In this document: positions 1-8,243 of the stretch, one piece after another
Numbering within the stretch: the first letter of the stretch is position 1
Layout: each line of letters begins with the position of its first letter
Virus record (IMG/VR): IMGVR_UViG_3300025655_000035
Location: 72 to 64,071 of that record
Direction: 5' to 3' (one strand)
Source: a virus
Taxonomy: Duplodnaviria > Caudoviricetes
Length of the DNA: 64,000 nt
Program-made: the position numbers and the translations under genes
Notes under the pieces: generated by a model
What the model was told of the DNA's origin: nothing
The model's database searches: none
What the model saw: the letters and a program-made list of their open reading frames with translations, nothing else

Positions 1-799
1 TAAAATCTCCTGTCAGACTTCCTGTTACACTACTAACACTATTTTTATATGTTTGTATAATATTAGAACTATTTCTAGTTACTGTAACCATACTGGGCTT
101 AGAGACATCCCAACTATATCCATTTAATGTTATAGATTGGGCTGATGAGAATAGTCCTAAAGCGGAAGCATTGTTTATTTGTAAATAGTCTGCCCCATTA
201 TTACCTAATAAGACTTTAGCATTTGTTGCTGTTGGTAATATAAATAAATTTAAAGTGAATTCACCTGTTAATGTTATAGTTTGATTTAACTGGATATAAT
301 CATCAACCCCATCAAAAACAATACTTCCTCCATCATTACTATTAAATGTCGGACTATTAGTTAATGTTCCATTATTTCCACTTGGACTTACATCATACCA
401 CGTTGTTCCACTCCTCGGATAAGATGGTGTAAATCCAGCATCTAAATTAAGAATCAAACCATCGGTAACTAATGGTCCTGGTTCATTATTAATTATAAAC
501 CTATCAGATAATGTTGCGTAGTAAGCCAAACATTGAGTGACAGTAGTAAAACTTTGTAATTCTATTTGATTAACAAGGCTAATCAACTGAGTATCGTTAT
601 TTGCAACATATATTGAAGGTCCTCCACTAACCTTATTAATATATATCGTATAACCATTTGTTGGCGGTGTTATTCCGTGATAATAACCTGTGGATGATGT
701 GGGTCCTTTACCGACATCACCAACACCTAAATAAAAATTACCAATTTTTAAAGACTCAGATAGTTGACCACCACTATTATATTTTACGGAAATTGCCAT
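1..799 (-). CDS. LamG/concanavalin A-like domain virion protein (partial, runs off window start)
   Basis: Read manually: ATG at 799, MAISVKYNSGGQLSESLKIGNFYLGVGD...VTDGLILNLDAGFTPSYPRSGTTWYDVSPSGNNGTLTNSPTF...IVFDGVDDY, open to position 1. The DGL.L.LDA...SY..SGTTW.D motif is typical of phage LamG-domain proteins. TATTTATA motif 6 nt upstream. Confidence 0.75.
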   Translation of the reverse strand, partial: MAISVKYNSGGQLSESLKIGNFYLGVGDVGKGPTSSTGYYHGITPPTNGYTIYINKVSGGPSIYVANNDTQLISLVNQIELQSFTTVTQCLAYYATLSDRFIINNEPGPLVTDGLILNLDAGFTPSYPRSGTTWYDVSPSGNNGTLTNSPTFNSNDGGSIVFDGVDDYIQLNQTITLTGEFTLNLFILPTATNAKVLLGNNGADYLQINNASALGLFSSAQSITLNGYSWDVSKPSMVTVTRNSSNIIQTYKNSVSSVTGSLTGDF

Positions 800-805
800 A
801 TGTTA

Positions 806-813
806 TATAAATA
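806..813 (-). promoter_or_regulatory. putative late promoter TATTTATA
   Basis: Motif recurs just upstream of structural or putative packaged-protein genes; here it directly follows the upstream operon's terminator. Confidence 0.55.
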
Positions 814-821
814 TACAAAAT

Positions 822-847
822 AAAAAAAGGAGACCGAAGTCTCCTTT
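822..847 (-). terminator. Rho-independent terminator
   Basis: AAAGGAGAC-TTCG-GTCTCCTTT then T-tract; UUCG tetraloop. Confidence 0.85.
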
Positions 848-907
848 AGGGCCGACCAGATTTAGTCGATTCCACCACCTTGTTTTTCTAAACAAGGAAA
901 ACACACA

Positions 908-1402
908 CTACGAAAAATCAACACTACTTGACACTCGAAGACCATCAACAAGTTTGTCAACATGTTTTCTCCAATCAAGCCATGCTGGTTTCTCATTATT
1001 TTTGAAGTACTCTTCATCGGCAATTATACCGTCCCAACTTAACGCCATTTCAATGAATTCTTCAGTATCTTGTAGTTCTCCGTATTCGTCAATTACTCGA
1101 CCTGAACGAATAAACTTTAACAACTCTTCTTTGTTTGAGTAGTATTTGTTATTATGGAAATTCCAACAGAACTTCCAACCCATACTTCGTTTACCTAAAT
1201 GAATGTTAACCTCGTTTAAAAACTCATCCCAAGGATTACACCTATCCCAATCATATTCACTAGACTCATCTTTAATTGTCGCAAATCCACGCCCAATTAG
1301 AGATACATCAAACCAGTCTAAACGAGAAACTCTATCACATAACTTTTGATGTCTTTCCATCATTTCTTTAGATGCTGGAATTCTGTAAAAATTTGTTCCC
1401 AT
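908..1402 (-). CDS. hypothetical phage protein
   Basis: 164-aa ORF in co-oriented operon; HLGKRSMGWKF motif. Confidence 0.7.
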   Translation of the reverse strand: MGTNFYRIPASKEMMERHQKLCDRVSRLDWFDVSLIGRGFATIKDESSEYDWDRCNPWDEFLNEVNIHLGKRSMGWKFCWNFHNNKYYSNKEELLKFIRSGRVIDEYGELQDTEEFIEMALSWDGIIADEEYFKNNEKPAWLDWRKHVDKLVDGLRVSSSVDFS

Positions 1403-1403
1403 T

Positions 1404-1628
1404 TTATTTTAATATTTTATTAGTTAACGTATCGATTAAAACTTCATTTTTTTGTGTTGTATCAATAATAGAGTTATAAAATTCTTTGACTTTTACACCC
1501 GCAACAATAAAAGTTATAACCAAAAAAATAAACACCGCTTTAATTATTTTTTTCCAAAACTTAAAAAAAAGATAAATTAGTAATATCACTGATATTAAAA
1601 CCCCAAATAACATACTATCTATATCCAT
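1404..1628 (-). CDS. small membrane protein
   Basis: Two hydrophobic segments; tight operon packing. Confidence 0.6.
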   Translation of the reverse strand: MDIDSMLFGVLISVILLIYLFFKFWKKIIKAVFIFLVITFIVAGVKVKEFYNSIIDTTQKNEVLIDTLTNKILK

Positions 1629-1636
1629 AATTTAAA

Positions 1637-1912
1637 TTATTTAGTTACCAACGCCTCAATTTTACTTTTCATGTGGTCAGCCAACTCGTACTCATTGGTT
1701 GAGGTTACGATGATTGAATCTTCCAAGAAACGAAAAGGAATATTAACCAAGAAATCAGTTCCATTAAAAAAAGTTAAGTTGTTTTTTAATTCTAAACATC
1801 CTTGAACCATCTTCAAAAACAATTTGAATTGTATGTTATCAACAAAGGTCTCGTTCAAAAGGGTCCCAAACTTTTCGTTCTCGATACGGATTTTATATAC
1901 TACTGTGTTCAT
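1637..1912 (-). CDS. hypothetical protein
   Basis: 91-aa ORF preceded by TATCTTTG promoter element. Confidence 0.7.
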   Translation of the reverse strand: MNTVVYKIRIENEKFGTLLNETFVDNIQFKLFLKMVQGCLELKNNLTFFNGTDFLVNIPFRFLEDSIIVTSTNEYELADHMKSKIEALVTK

Positions 1913-1929
1913 ATGTCTGATTATTTATA

Positions 1930-1937
1930 CAAAGATA
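1930..1937 (-). promoter_or_regulatory. Bacteroidota-type -7 promoter element (TATCTTTG)
   Basis: Matches TAnnTTTG, the Bacteroidota primary-sigma consensus; intergenic, upstream of ATG 1912. Confidence 0.65.
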
Positions 1938-1940
1938 CAA

Positions 1941-2675
1941 CTATTTTTGGATTCTGCCTAATCCTTCCACCAAATTTTTCAAATTTCCATCAGTTTTGAT
2001 GTTAACTTTTTCAACAACGAATACAAAAGTATCGTTCTCAGGGTTATGAATGAATCCAACTTTAACACTGGTTTCGTTACCGTTATGGATTGTAAACTTA
2101 CTATTGTTACGATAATCCGTTTCGATATAGTTCCATGGATATTGTTTACACAATTCTTGGTATGCACGTTTGTTAAGGTTTTTTCGTACTTCTTCTCTTT
2201 TTTGAGCATCAAACCTACCATTAATAAATTCGAGAATTTTTTTAGCAACAGTCGCACCATTTTTACAGTAACGACCATCTTCATAATTTATTTGAGTTCT
2301 AACTTTATAACCCTCATTACGACTACGGTAAGAGTTTCTCGGAGATACGTAATGTTCTGACACATCAATTCTAATACTAGTTCTTGACGTGTTATCAGGA
2401 AGTTTACCAGCATAAATGATTTCACAATCATTATATGGTAATTCTAAAACCTCAACAGGAAACTGATTAACATAAACGGTAAACTTTTCGGTTCTTGTTT
2501 TTTTAATTAATTCAAAGTCATTTGAAACTTTTTGCATGTGAGAGAAATACAAATCAAAAGCATCTTCTTTTTTCTTGTACTCATCAGAACGACGTTTTAT
2601 CGCCAATAACATACGATTTTTTTCGTTATCGTAACTTTTTTTAAGAACTTCTTTATTTGTATTGGTTGTGGTCAT
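1941..2675 (-). CDS. hypothetical protein
   Basis: 244-aa ORF with its own TATCTTTG element at 2696-2703. Confidence 0.7.
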   Translation of the reverse strand: MTTTNTNKEVLKKSYDNEKNRMLLAIKRRSDEYKKKEDAFDLYFSHMQKVSNDFELIKKTRTEKFTVYVNQFPVEVLELPYNDCEIIYAGKLPDNTSRTSIRIDVSEHYVSPRNSYRSRNEGYKVRTQINYEDGRYCKNGATVAKKILEFINGRFDAQKREEVRKNLNKRAYQELCKQYPWNYIETDYRNNSKFTIHNGNETSVKVGFIHNPENDTFVFVVEKVNIKTDGNLKNLVEGLGRIQK

Positions 2676-2695
2676 ATTCTCTGTGTTTGTGAATA

Positions 2696-2703
2696 CAAAG
2701 ATA
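2696..2703 (-). promoter_or_regulatory. Bacteroidota-type -7 promoter element (TATCTTTG)
   Basis: TAnnTTTG match in intergenic gap. Confidence 0.65.
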
Positions 2704-2710
2704 TAAAAAA

Positions 2711-3148
2711 TTACTTAATTTGCCTCATAATTTCTCGTTTAATATCCTTTTCTTTTAAACTTTCCCTCTTATCGTAAAGTTTTTTACCTTTACCCAACAC
2801 AATTTCCATCTTTAGTAAACCTCTTTCAGTACTAAAAATCTTATAGGGTACCAATGTTAAACCTTTTACCAATTCTTTTTGTAGTTTAACCAACTCTCGT
2901 TTCTTCATTAAGAGTTTACGTTCACGAAGTGGTTCGTGAGTATAGGATTGTTTGTATTCAGGAATGTTCATTCCTTTCACAAAAAGTTCACCATTATTAA
3001 AATAACAATACGCATCAACCAATGAAACTTTACCACCACGTATTGATTTAACTTCAGAACCCATTAATTGAATCCCAACAGTAAAAGTATCCTCGAAGAA
3101 ATATTCGTGACTCACTTTACGATTTACTATGTTGACTTTGGATTTCAT
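2711..3148 (-). CDS. smpB: SsrA-binding protein SmpB
   Basis: NRKVSHEYF, GIQLMGSEVKSIRGG, HEPLRERKLL and GKGKKLYDKRE motifs; 145 aa. Confidence 0.95.
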   Translation of the reverse strand: MKSKVNIVNRKVSHEYFFEDTFTVGIQLMGSEVKSIRGGKVSLVDAYCYFNNGELFVKGMNIPEYKQSYTHEPLRERKLLMKKRELVKLQKELVKGLTLVPYKIFSTERGLLKMEIVLGKGKKLYDKRESLKEKDIKREIMRQIK

Positions 3149-3152
3149 AATG

Positions 3153-3160
3153 CAAATATA
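3153..3160 (-). promoter_or_regulatory. Bacteroidota-type -7 element (TATATTTG), 4 nt before smpB ATG
   Basis: TAnnTTTG-CATT-ATG; implies a leaderless or near-leaderless transcript. Confidence 0.55.
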
Positions 3161-3170
3161 GTAAAAAAAT

Positions 3171-3250
3171 AAAAAACCCCAAAAAGTTTCTACACTTTTT
3201 AGGGTTTAAAGTTTTCCAACCATTAAAGAAAGGGGGTTTGGCTGTGTATC
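3171..3250 (-). ncRNA. candidate small RNA with C/U-rich loop and its own terminator
   Basis: ATATTTAT motif at 3253-3260; hairpin CAGCCA/TGGTTG with loop AACCCCCTTTCTTTAA; 13-bp terminator stem (3174-3207) plus T-tract; no ORF. Confidence 0.4.
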
Positions 3251-3278
3251 ACATAAATATTCTGTTTTTTTGAAAAGT

Positions 3279-3704
3279 CTACTTTTGGGTTAAAATTTTC
3301 ACAATTAATTTGTAAAGTTGGTCATTTTTATCCTCTATTGGTAAATTTTCTAAATTAAAATAACCGCATTCCGTATGTTCTTCACCGTCAGATGCATTTT
3401 TTAAATCAGGGTTAATCCTTTTGTCCGTGTCCATTTGAAACACATACATTAACCCTTTATTGTATGAGCCATCCCTATTACTTCTAGTGACAAAACCAAC
3501 CAAACTTAACTTGTTTTCTAACTTGAGATTAGTTTCTTCGTAAAACTCTCGTTTTGCACCATTCATTGGTGATTCACCATCTTCTAATTTACCCGCAGGT
3601 ATGGACCAAACACCTGGTAAAATTCCCTCGTTGTTTCTTTTACATAATAAAACACTATCATTATGCTTAACAAGAACACCAACATATCTTTTAACTATTT
3701 TCAT
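3279..3704 (-). CDS. NUDIX hydrolase
   Basis: Nudix box GKLEDGESPMNGAKREFYEETN. Confidence 0.9.
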   Translation of the reverse strand: MKIVKRYVGVLVKHNDSVLLCKRNNEGILPGVWSIPAGKLEDGESPMNGAKREFYEETNLKLENKLSLVGFVTRSNRDGSYNKGLMYVFQMDTDKRINPDLKNASDGEEHTECGYFNLENLPIEDKNDQLYKLIVKILTQK

Positions 3705-3724
3705 TCTTTTTGATATTTATGTTT

Positions 3725-4075
3725 ATGATAATAAATATAAATAATAACTCATTTAAAGTAAAATCTGTTTTTACCGAAAAAGATGTACAAACAGGGATGA
3801 TGGGTAGAAAATTTAATTCTACCTTTAATGGTATGTTATTTTTAATGGATAAAGGTACCCACTGTTTTTGGATGAAGAATTGTATAATACCTTTAGATAT
3901 TATTTTTATTAAATCAGACAAAATTTCCAAAATACACCATAACTGCAAACCTTGTATGGATAGTGAATGTGAAAATTATTGTGGAAACGGTGATTTAGTT
4001 TTGGAATTAGAGGGTGGTACCTGTAAAGATTTAGGTATAAAAGAAGGTGATACTTTATATTTTAACCTTCATTAA
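3725..4075 (+). CDS. DUF192 family protein
   Basis: GMMGR..., GMLF, FWMKNCIIPLDIIFI and VLELEGG motifs; start moved to ATG 3725, 3 nt after TATTTATG. Confidence 0.85.
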   Translation: MIININNNSFKVKSVFTEKDVQTGMMGRKFNSTFNGMLFLMDKGTHCFWMKNCIIPLDIIFIKSDKISKIHHNCKPCMDSECENYCGNGDLVLELEGGTCKDLGIKEGDTLYFNLH

Positions 4076-5465
4076 TCTTATCCTGTAATACTTTAACAAA
4101 CTCGTTTTGAATCATTTTCGTAAATTTTACGTATGGTGAGTCATCACTTTCGGGGTTGTATTTATATTTACCTTCAGGTGGTCTTTTAGACCTTCCTAAA
4201 TACCCAAGTCCTGATATATTAGTAATACACTTATGTCCACCACTATTTGACTGTATTAAGTCCCAAGCATTGATTGTTACTTTGTCCAAGATTTCTTTTT
4301 CATCTTCACTTAAATCGGTAAATGGTTTATCCATAATTTTACCAATATGAGTTAAAATCTCTTTACCATTATCGATGGTTTTAAAACTATTACCATATAA
4401 GGCAACAAAATCTTTAAATGTAAATCCAACCGACATTTCACCAAAACCTTTTGATGATTCAGAAATCCATTTAATTGTTGAAAGTGGTATTTGTCTATCT
4501 TTTAATTGTGATTCCCATTTACCCAAAACTTCTTGCGCAATTTCACCTAAATTAACACCTTTTAATTCTCTTTCTTTTTTAAATGGGTTACAAGACGCTT
4601 GTACCAAACCTAATGGCCAAGCGATAACTAAAAAGTCAGCGTCTGGGTTATTTTTATAAGGTGTATATCTATCGTAAGAACCTGGTTTCATCATAGAACC
4701 ACCACCATATTGTACAATAATATTTCCTACGACATTTACATTAGGGTGTGACTTCATTTGTTCAATATACCCCTCTCTATATTTTTGTAATTCTTCAACA
4801 TCCGCATAACCTTTTTCAATCATAATTCTTTTGATATTCATTACAATATTCAAAAGTGATGGTGTTGACTTCATAACCAACTCTTCAAGAAACCCTGGTT
4901 TGTTTTTAAATGCTAATAATAGTTTGTTGGTTACTAAACCTAATGCCATTTTGTTTTTAGTGACAGGTGAGTTTTTGTCTAATTTAAATAAATAATTAAT
5001 TACTTCATCAACACTAACGTCATTTGCCGCATAATTAGCAGAGTCTACCATGGATATTAATTGTATATCTTCAGGGCTAAAAATATCTTTTGGTGAAACA
5101 ACTTGGGATATTGTCTCGACATTTGAACGTGACGCTCTAAAAGAGGTTGACTTAGTGTCTTCAGCACCAGCTTGTCTATCATGATGGTCAGTATGAATAA
5201 CAAACATTGGTTTACCATGTGCAAAGTCAACTAACACAGGCATTATATCTCCTTTAGCATCGTTCTTTTTTATAGCAAACTCTTTATCGCCGTATTGGAT
5301 GACGTGAGCGTCGACTACTTTGATTCCATTATCTTCAAGATATTTTTTCATAGCTAAAGCGGTTGTTACTCCATCCAAGTCTTGGTGAAAATATATTTCC
5401 GCTTTTGGGTATCTTTTAGCTAATTTGTTAATATCTCTTAACCCACTTTCTTTTAATAATTTCAT
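4062..5465 (-). CDS. DHH-family phosphoesterase
   Basis: HQDLDG, VDFAH and TDHHD motifs plus C-terminal SGGHK (DHHA1-like). Confidence 0.75.
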   Translation of the reverse strand: MKLLKESGLRDINKLAKRYPKAEIYFHQDLDGVTTALAMKKYLEDNGIKVVDAHVIQYGDKEFAIKKNDAKGDIMPVLVDFAHGKPMFVIHTDHHDRQAGAEDTKSTSFRASRSNVETISQVVSPKDIFSPEDIQLISMVDSANYAANDVSVDEVINYLFKLDKNSPVTKNKMALGLVTNKLLLAFKNKPGFLEELVMKSTPSLLNIVMNIKRIMIEKGYADVEELQKYREGYIEQMKSHPNVNVVGNIIVQYGGGSMMKPGSYDRYTPYKNNPDADFLVIAWPLGLVQASCNPFKKERELKGVNLGEIAQEVLGKWESQLKDRQIPLSTIKWISESSKGFGEMSVGFTFKDFVALYGNSFKTIDNGKEILTHIGKIMDKPFTDLSEDEKEILDKVTINAWDLIQSNSGGHKCITNISGLGYLGRSKRPPEGKYKYNPESDDSPYVKFTKMIQNEFVKVLQDKINEG

Positions 5466-6604
5466 TAAACAACAAATTTTGCGGGTCCACCTAACAATGA
5501 ACCAATTAATGACATAGCTGAGTCTTGTTTAACTCCTTTACCAATTGACTGACCAGCTCGGTCAGTTAAACTTTGGTCTGTTTGAGTGGGTATCGAACCG
5601 CCCATTTCATCGTTCCATAATTGTTGTGCTTGTTGTGTTTTTAGATATTCTTGGTACTTTTCATCAGCATTTGGTACTGAAGTTAATAACTCATCAGGAC
5701 CAACAAAATTACCTAACCCTAACCAATCTAAAAACCCTAAGTAAAATTTACTTCTTCTCATCAATGACCTTGTCGCGGGATTTCCACCAAAAATTCTTGG
5801 TACACCAGCAGCAAATTTTTGTCCTAAAGTAGCGTCTGATTTCATAAACTTAAGCCAAGAATTACCAACATCTTTATAACCTCTAAACATTTTACCTTGG
5901 TCTTTAGCCATTTGTTTTAATAAAGTTTCTTTTTCAAGTGCAGTTAATCCTTTTTCTACATTCACTAATTTACCACCTTTCACAACTTCAGATGGTAATT
6001 TTAACTCTTTACTAGCCTTTGAAAATATATTTACATATTCTTCTACTGACCTAACTAGTCCTCTACCTAATCCAGGTACTCTTCCTATAGAATTTTTAAG
6101 TAGGTCAACTAATTTGCCACCCCAACTTGGTGCCTTTTCAACCATTTTAGCGATAGGACCACCAGCAACTTTGGCGGTTTCCGCAATTTTAGCCGCGTCA
6201 CCCGCTAATGCCGCCGATTTAAACGCTTTAGTGGCTCCTCCACCAATTTTTAACACCCCAACAACAGGTTTTGCAACAACATCACCAAGATAAGGAATTA
6301 CAGAAACCCAAGATAAAATTGCAAATAATTTATCACCTTGTCTCCAATAACTAATACCGTTAACTAAATCAACAACCCCCGTTGGGTCAAATATACCAAC
6401 AATATCCCCAACAGTATTATACCATTTAGACTCATTAATTAATTTTGATTTTTTAGGATAAATGGTTTTTAACATTTCCACAACAATTCTTTTGTCCTTA
6501 TTAGATAGTTTCTCCCACTTTTCAGACAATATGTTGTTAAATTCCTCCCTATATATTTCAATTATCTTATTTTTTAATTCGTTTTCTTTTAATAAAGTTG
6601 CCAT
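5465..6604 (-). CDS. putative virion-internal protein with pre-toxin-TG-like segment
   Basis: N-terminal LLKENELKNKIIEIYREE motif; DPTGVVDLVNGISYWRQGDKLFAILSWVSVIPYLGD; Gly/Ala-rich amphipathic region; TATTTATA at 6619-6626. Confidence 0.55.
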   Translation of the reverse strand: MATLLKENELKNKIIEIYREEFNNILSEKWEKLSNKDKRIVVEMLKTIYPKKSKLINESKWYNTVGDIVGIFDPTGVVDLVNGISYWRQGDKLFAILSWVSVIPYLGDVVAKPVVGVLKIGGGATKAFKSAALAGDAAKIAETAKVAGGPIAKMVEKAPSWGGKLVDLLKNSIGRVPGLGRGLVRSVEEYVNIFSKASKELKLPSEVVKGGKLVNVEKGLTALEKETLLKQMAKDQGKMFRGYKDVGNSWLKFMKSDATLGQKFAAGVPRIFGGNPATRSLMRRSKFYLGFLDWLGLGNFVGPDELLTSVPNADEKYQEYLKTQQAQQLWNDEMGGSIPTQTDQSLTDRAGQSIGKGVKQDSAMSLIGSLLGGPAKFVV

Positions 6605-6636
6605 ACGATATTTTTTATTATAAATATCACGAAAAT

Positions 6637-6663
6637 AAAAAAGAGGACTTTATTTGTCCTCTT
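6637..6663 (-). terminator. Rho-independent terminator
   Basis: AAGAGGAC-AAATAAA-GTCCTCTT-TTTT overlapping the methylase stop; TATTTATA follows. Confidence 0.7.
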
Positions 6664-7513
6664 CTGTGAATTCAATCTTAACTTGTTTTTTCTCGTTAAC
6701 AAAATGTTGGACTCGAGCTCTCGCAATTTCTACGTAATTTGGCGATAATTCTATTCCCAACCATCTACGGTCTAAGGTTTCCGCAGCAACCAAACTAGTA
6801 CCAGAACCCGCGAACGGGTCTAAAACAACATCATTTTTATATGTTAATATTTTGATTGCCTTTGTTGGGATGTCCATTGAGAAAGTTGCCTTAGTTAAAG
6901 TCTTCGTGTCTGCAAAATAATTCCATTGTCCAAACACCAAATCAATGAACTCTCGTTTCTGTGCTTCTGTATAGAATGTTTTGTTTCTCATATTACCATT
7001 CTTATCTTCAACCTCACCAAGTTCACCAACCCATTCAGGTGTTCCTTTCACTTTCTTAATATGATTCTTTTTATATGCTAATACAACACATTCTTTTGGA
7101 TTATAAATATATGGTGCTGATGGACTCATCCAAGAACCCCAAGCCGTAGTACGACTTCTGTGTGGTGATTCTTCTTCAAGGTCAATAATCCCGAAGAACT
7201 TATATCCAATTTTCTTCATAATCTGCCAAACCTCACTAACTATGAAGACACGACCACCTTTGGCTTGTCGGTTAATCTCGTAAGGAATGTTTAAGGCGAT
7301 ACGTCCATCGTCTTTTAAAACTCTAAAGGCTTCACTCATCCACTTTTCAGTAAACTCAAAATATTCTTCAACCAACATATCATCTTGGTGAACATCGTAA
7401 TCAATTCCAACTCCGTATGGTGGTGATGTAACAATAAGGTCAACACTTCCCTCAGGGAGTGTTTTCATAACCTCAATACAATCCCCATTAATAATTTTAC
7501 CAGTCTCTATCAT
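6650..7513 (-). CDS. orphan DNA methyltransferase, N4-cytosine/N6-adenine (beta class)
   Basis: Catalytic IVTSPPY precedes SAM-binding VLDPFAGSGT; no cognate endonuclease adjacent. Confidence 0.9.
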   Translation of the reverse strand: MIETGKIINGDCIEVMKTLPEGSVDLIVTSPPYGVGIDYDVHQDDMLVEEYFEFTEKWMSEAFRVLKDDGRIALNIPYEINRQAKGGRVFIVSEVWQIMKKIGYKFFGIIDLEEESPHRSRTTAWGSWMSPSAPYIYNPKECVVLAYKKNHIKKVKGTPEWVGELGEVEDKNGNMRNKTFYTEAQKREFIDLVFGQWNYFADTKTLTKATFSMDIPTKAIKILTYKNDVVLDPFAGSGTSLVAAETLDRRWLGIELSPNYVEIARARVQHFVNEKKQVKIEFTEEDK

Positions 7514-7543
7514 ATAATATTTTTAAAAAGTATAGATGATTTT

Positions 7544-7741
7544 TTACTTAGATTCAACCATGCCATAGGCATCACAATCAATTTTTTCAGTTGACTTACA
7601 ACCAACCAATGACATTATAAAAAGAATACCAAACAAAATGGTTAGTATTAACATTGAGTAAAACCCAACCTTATGTGAGAAATCAACTTGTTGTTTTGAC
7701 TTACCTTGCCAGTCCTCTCTATTCCATTCCATTTTATTCAT
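7544..7741 (-). CDS. small putative lipoprotein/membrane protein
   Basis: Hydrophobic helix ending in LVGC lipobox-like motif. Confidence 0.55.
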   Translation of the reverse strand: MNKMEWNREDWQGKSKQQVDFSHKVGFYSMLILTILFGILFIMSLVGCKSTEKIDCDAYGMVESK

Positions 7742-7977
7742 TTTTTAACATGTTCTAATTGGTCTTCGTTGAAAATGTGTAATAATCCATATTCATCCAT
7801 TTCACCAACCACTCTGATATCACCTTTAATTGTTTTAAAGACCCCAACAATTGTACATGGAAACGAATACCCCTTTGGTTTAACCGCTTTATCACCAACC
7901 TTAAATTTTGACTCTTTTGTAATACCCATATCACCGTCAGACAATTGTGGGTCATCCCATAATTCTTTATTTTCCAT
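7738..7977 (-). CDS. hypothetical protein (small beta-barrel-like)
   Basis: 79-aa ORF; KFKVGDKAVK; ATGA overlap with downstream gene. Confidence 0.6.
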   Translation of the reverse strand: MENKELWDDPQLSDGDMGITKESKFKVGDKAVKPKGYSFPCTIVGVFKTIKGDIRVVGEMDEYGLLHIFNEDQLEHVKK

Positions 7978-8242
7978 TTTCTATAAGTTGAATTTTTCTT
8001 TCTATGTACCAAATAGCCTTTTTTAAGTCTTGTATTTCTTTATCACTACCTTTTTTACCAGCTCTAGCAATATACTTATAAGCATTACCAAGATGGAAAT
8101 CCAAATTTGTCGCCTCAATAACTTTAATTACTTCATATACATTACCTTCACCGCCATAATGTTGTGGGTGGTTCACTTGTTCATTTATATTTGAATTACA
8201 TTGACAGGGTCCTTTACCCTCACATACACAACCCATCCCCAT
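7967..8242 (-). CDS. DUF3310 (SaV-like) protein
   Basis: VNHPQHY, LGNAYKYIARAGKK and DLKKAIWY motifs; start placed at ATG 8242; Cys-rich N-terminus GCVCEGKGPCQC. Confidence 0.85.
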   Translation of the reverse strand: MGMGCVCEGKGPCQCNSNINEQVNHPQHYGGEGNVYEVIKVIEATNLDFHLGNAYKYIARAGKKGSDKEIQDLKKAIWYIERKIQLIENGK

Positions 8243-8243
8243 A

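Noticed and set aside
806-813. T4-type TATAAATA late promoter firing on the plus strand
   Set aside because: Relative to the adjacent downstream genes the motif consistently reads TATTTAT on the coding strand, for both plus- and minus-strand genes.
845-905. Pistol or other self-cleaving ribozyme (GCCCTAA seen)
   Set aside because: The complementary pseudoknot strand and conserved core are missing on the same strand; kept only as an unassigned structured element.
3149-3278. tmRNA or tRNA next to smpB
   Set aside because: The gap is only about 130 nt, with no GGGG...CCA acceptor/T-arm arrangement. No tRNA or tmRNA was recognised anywhere in the window.
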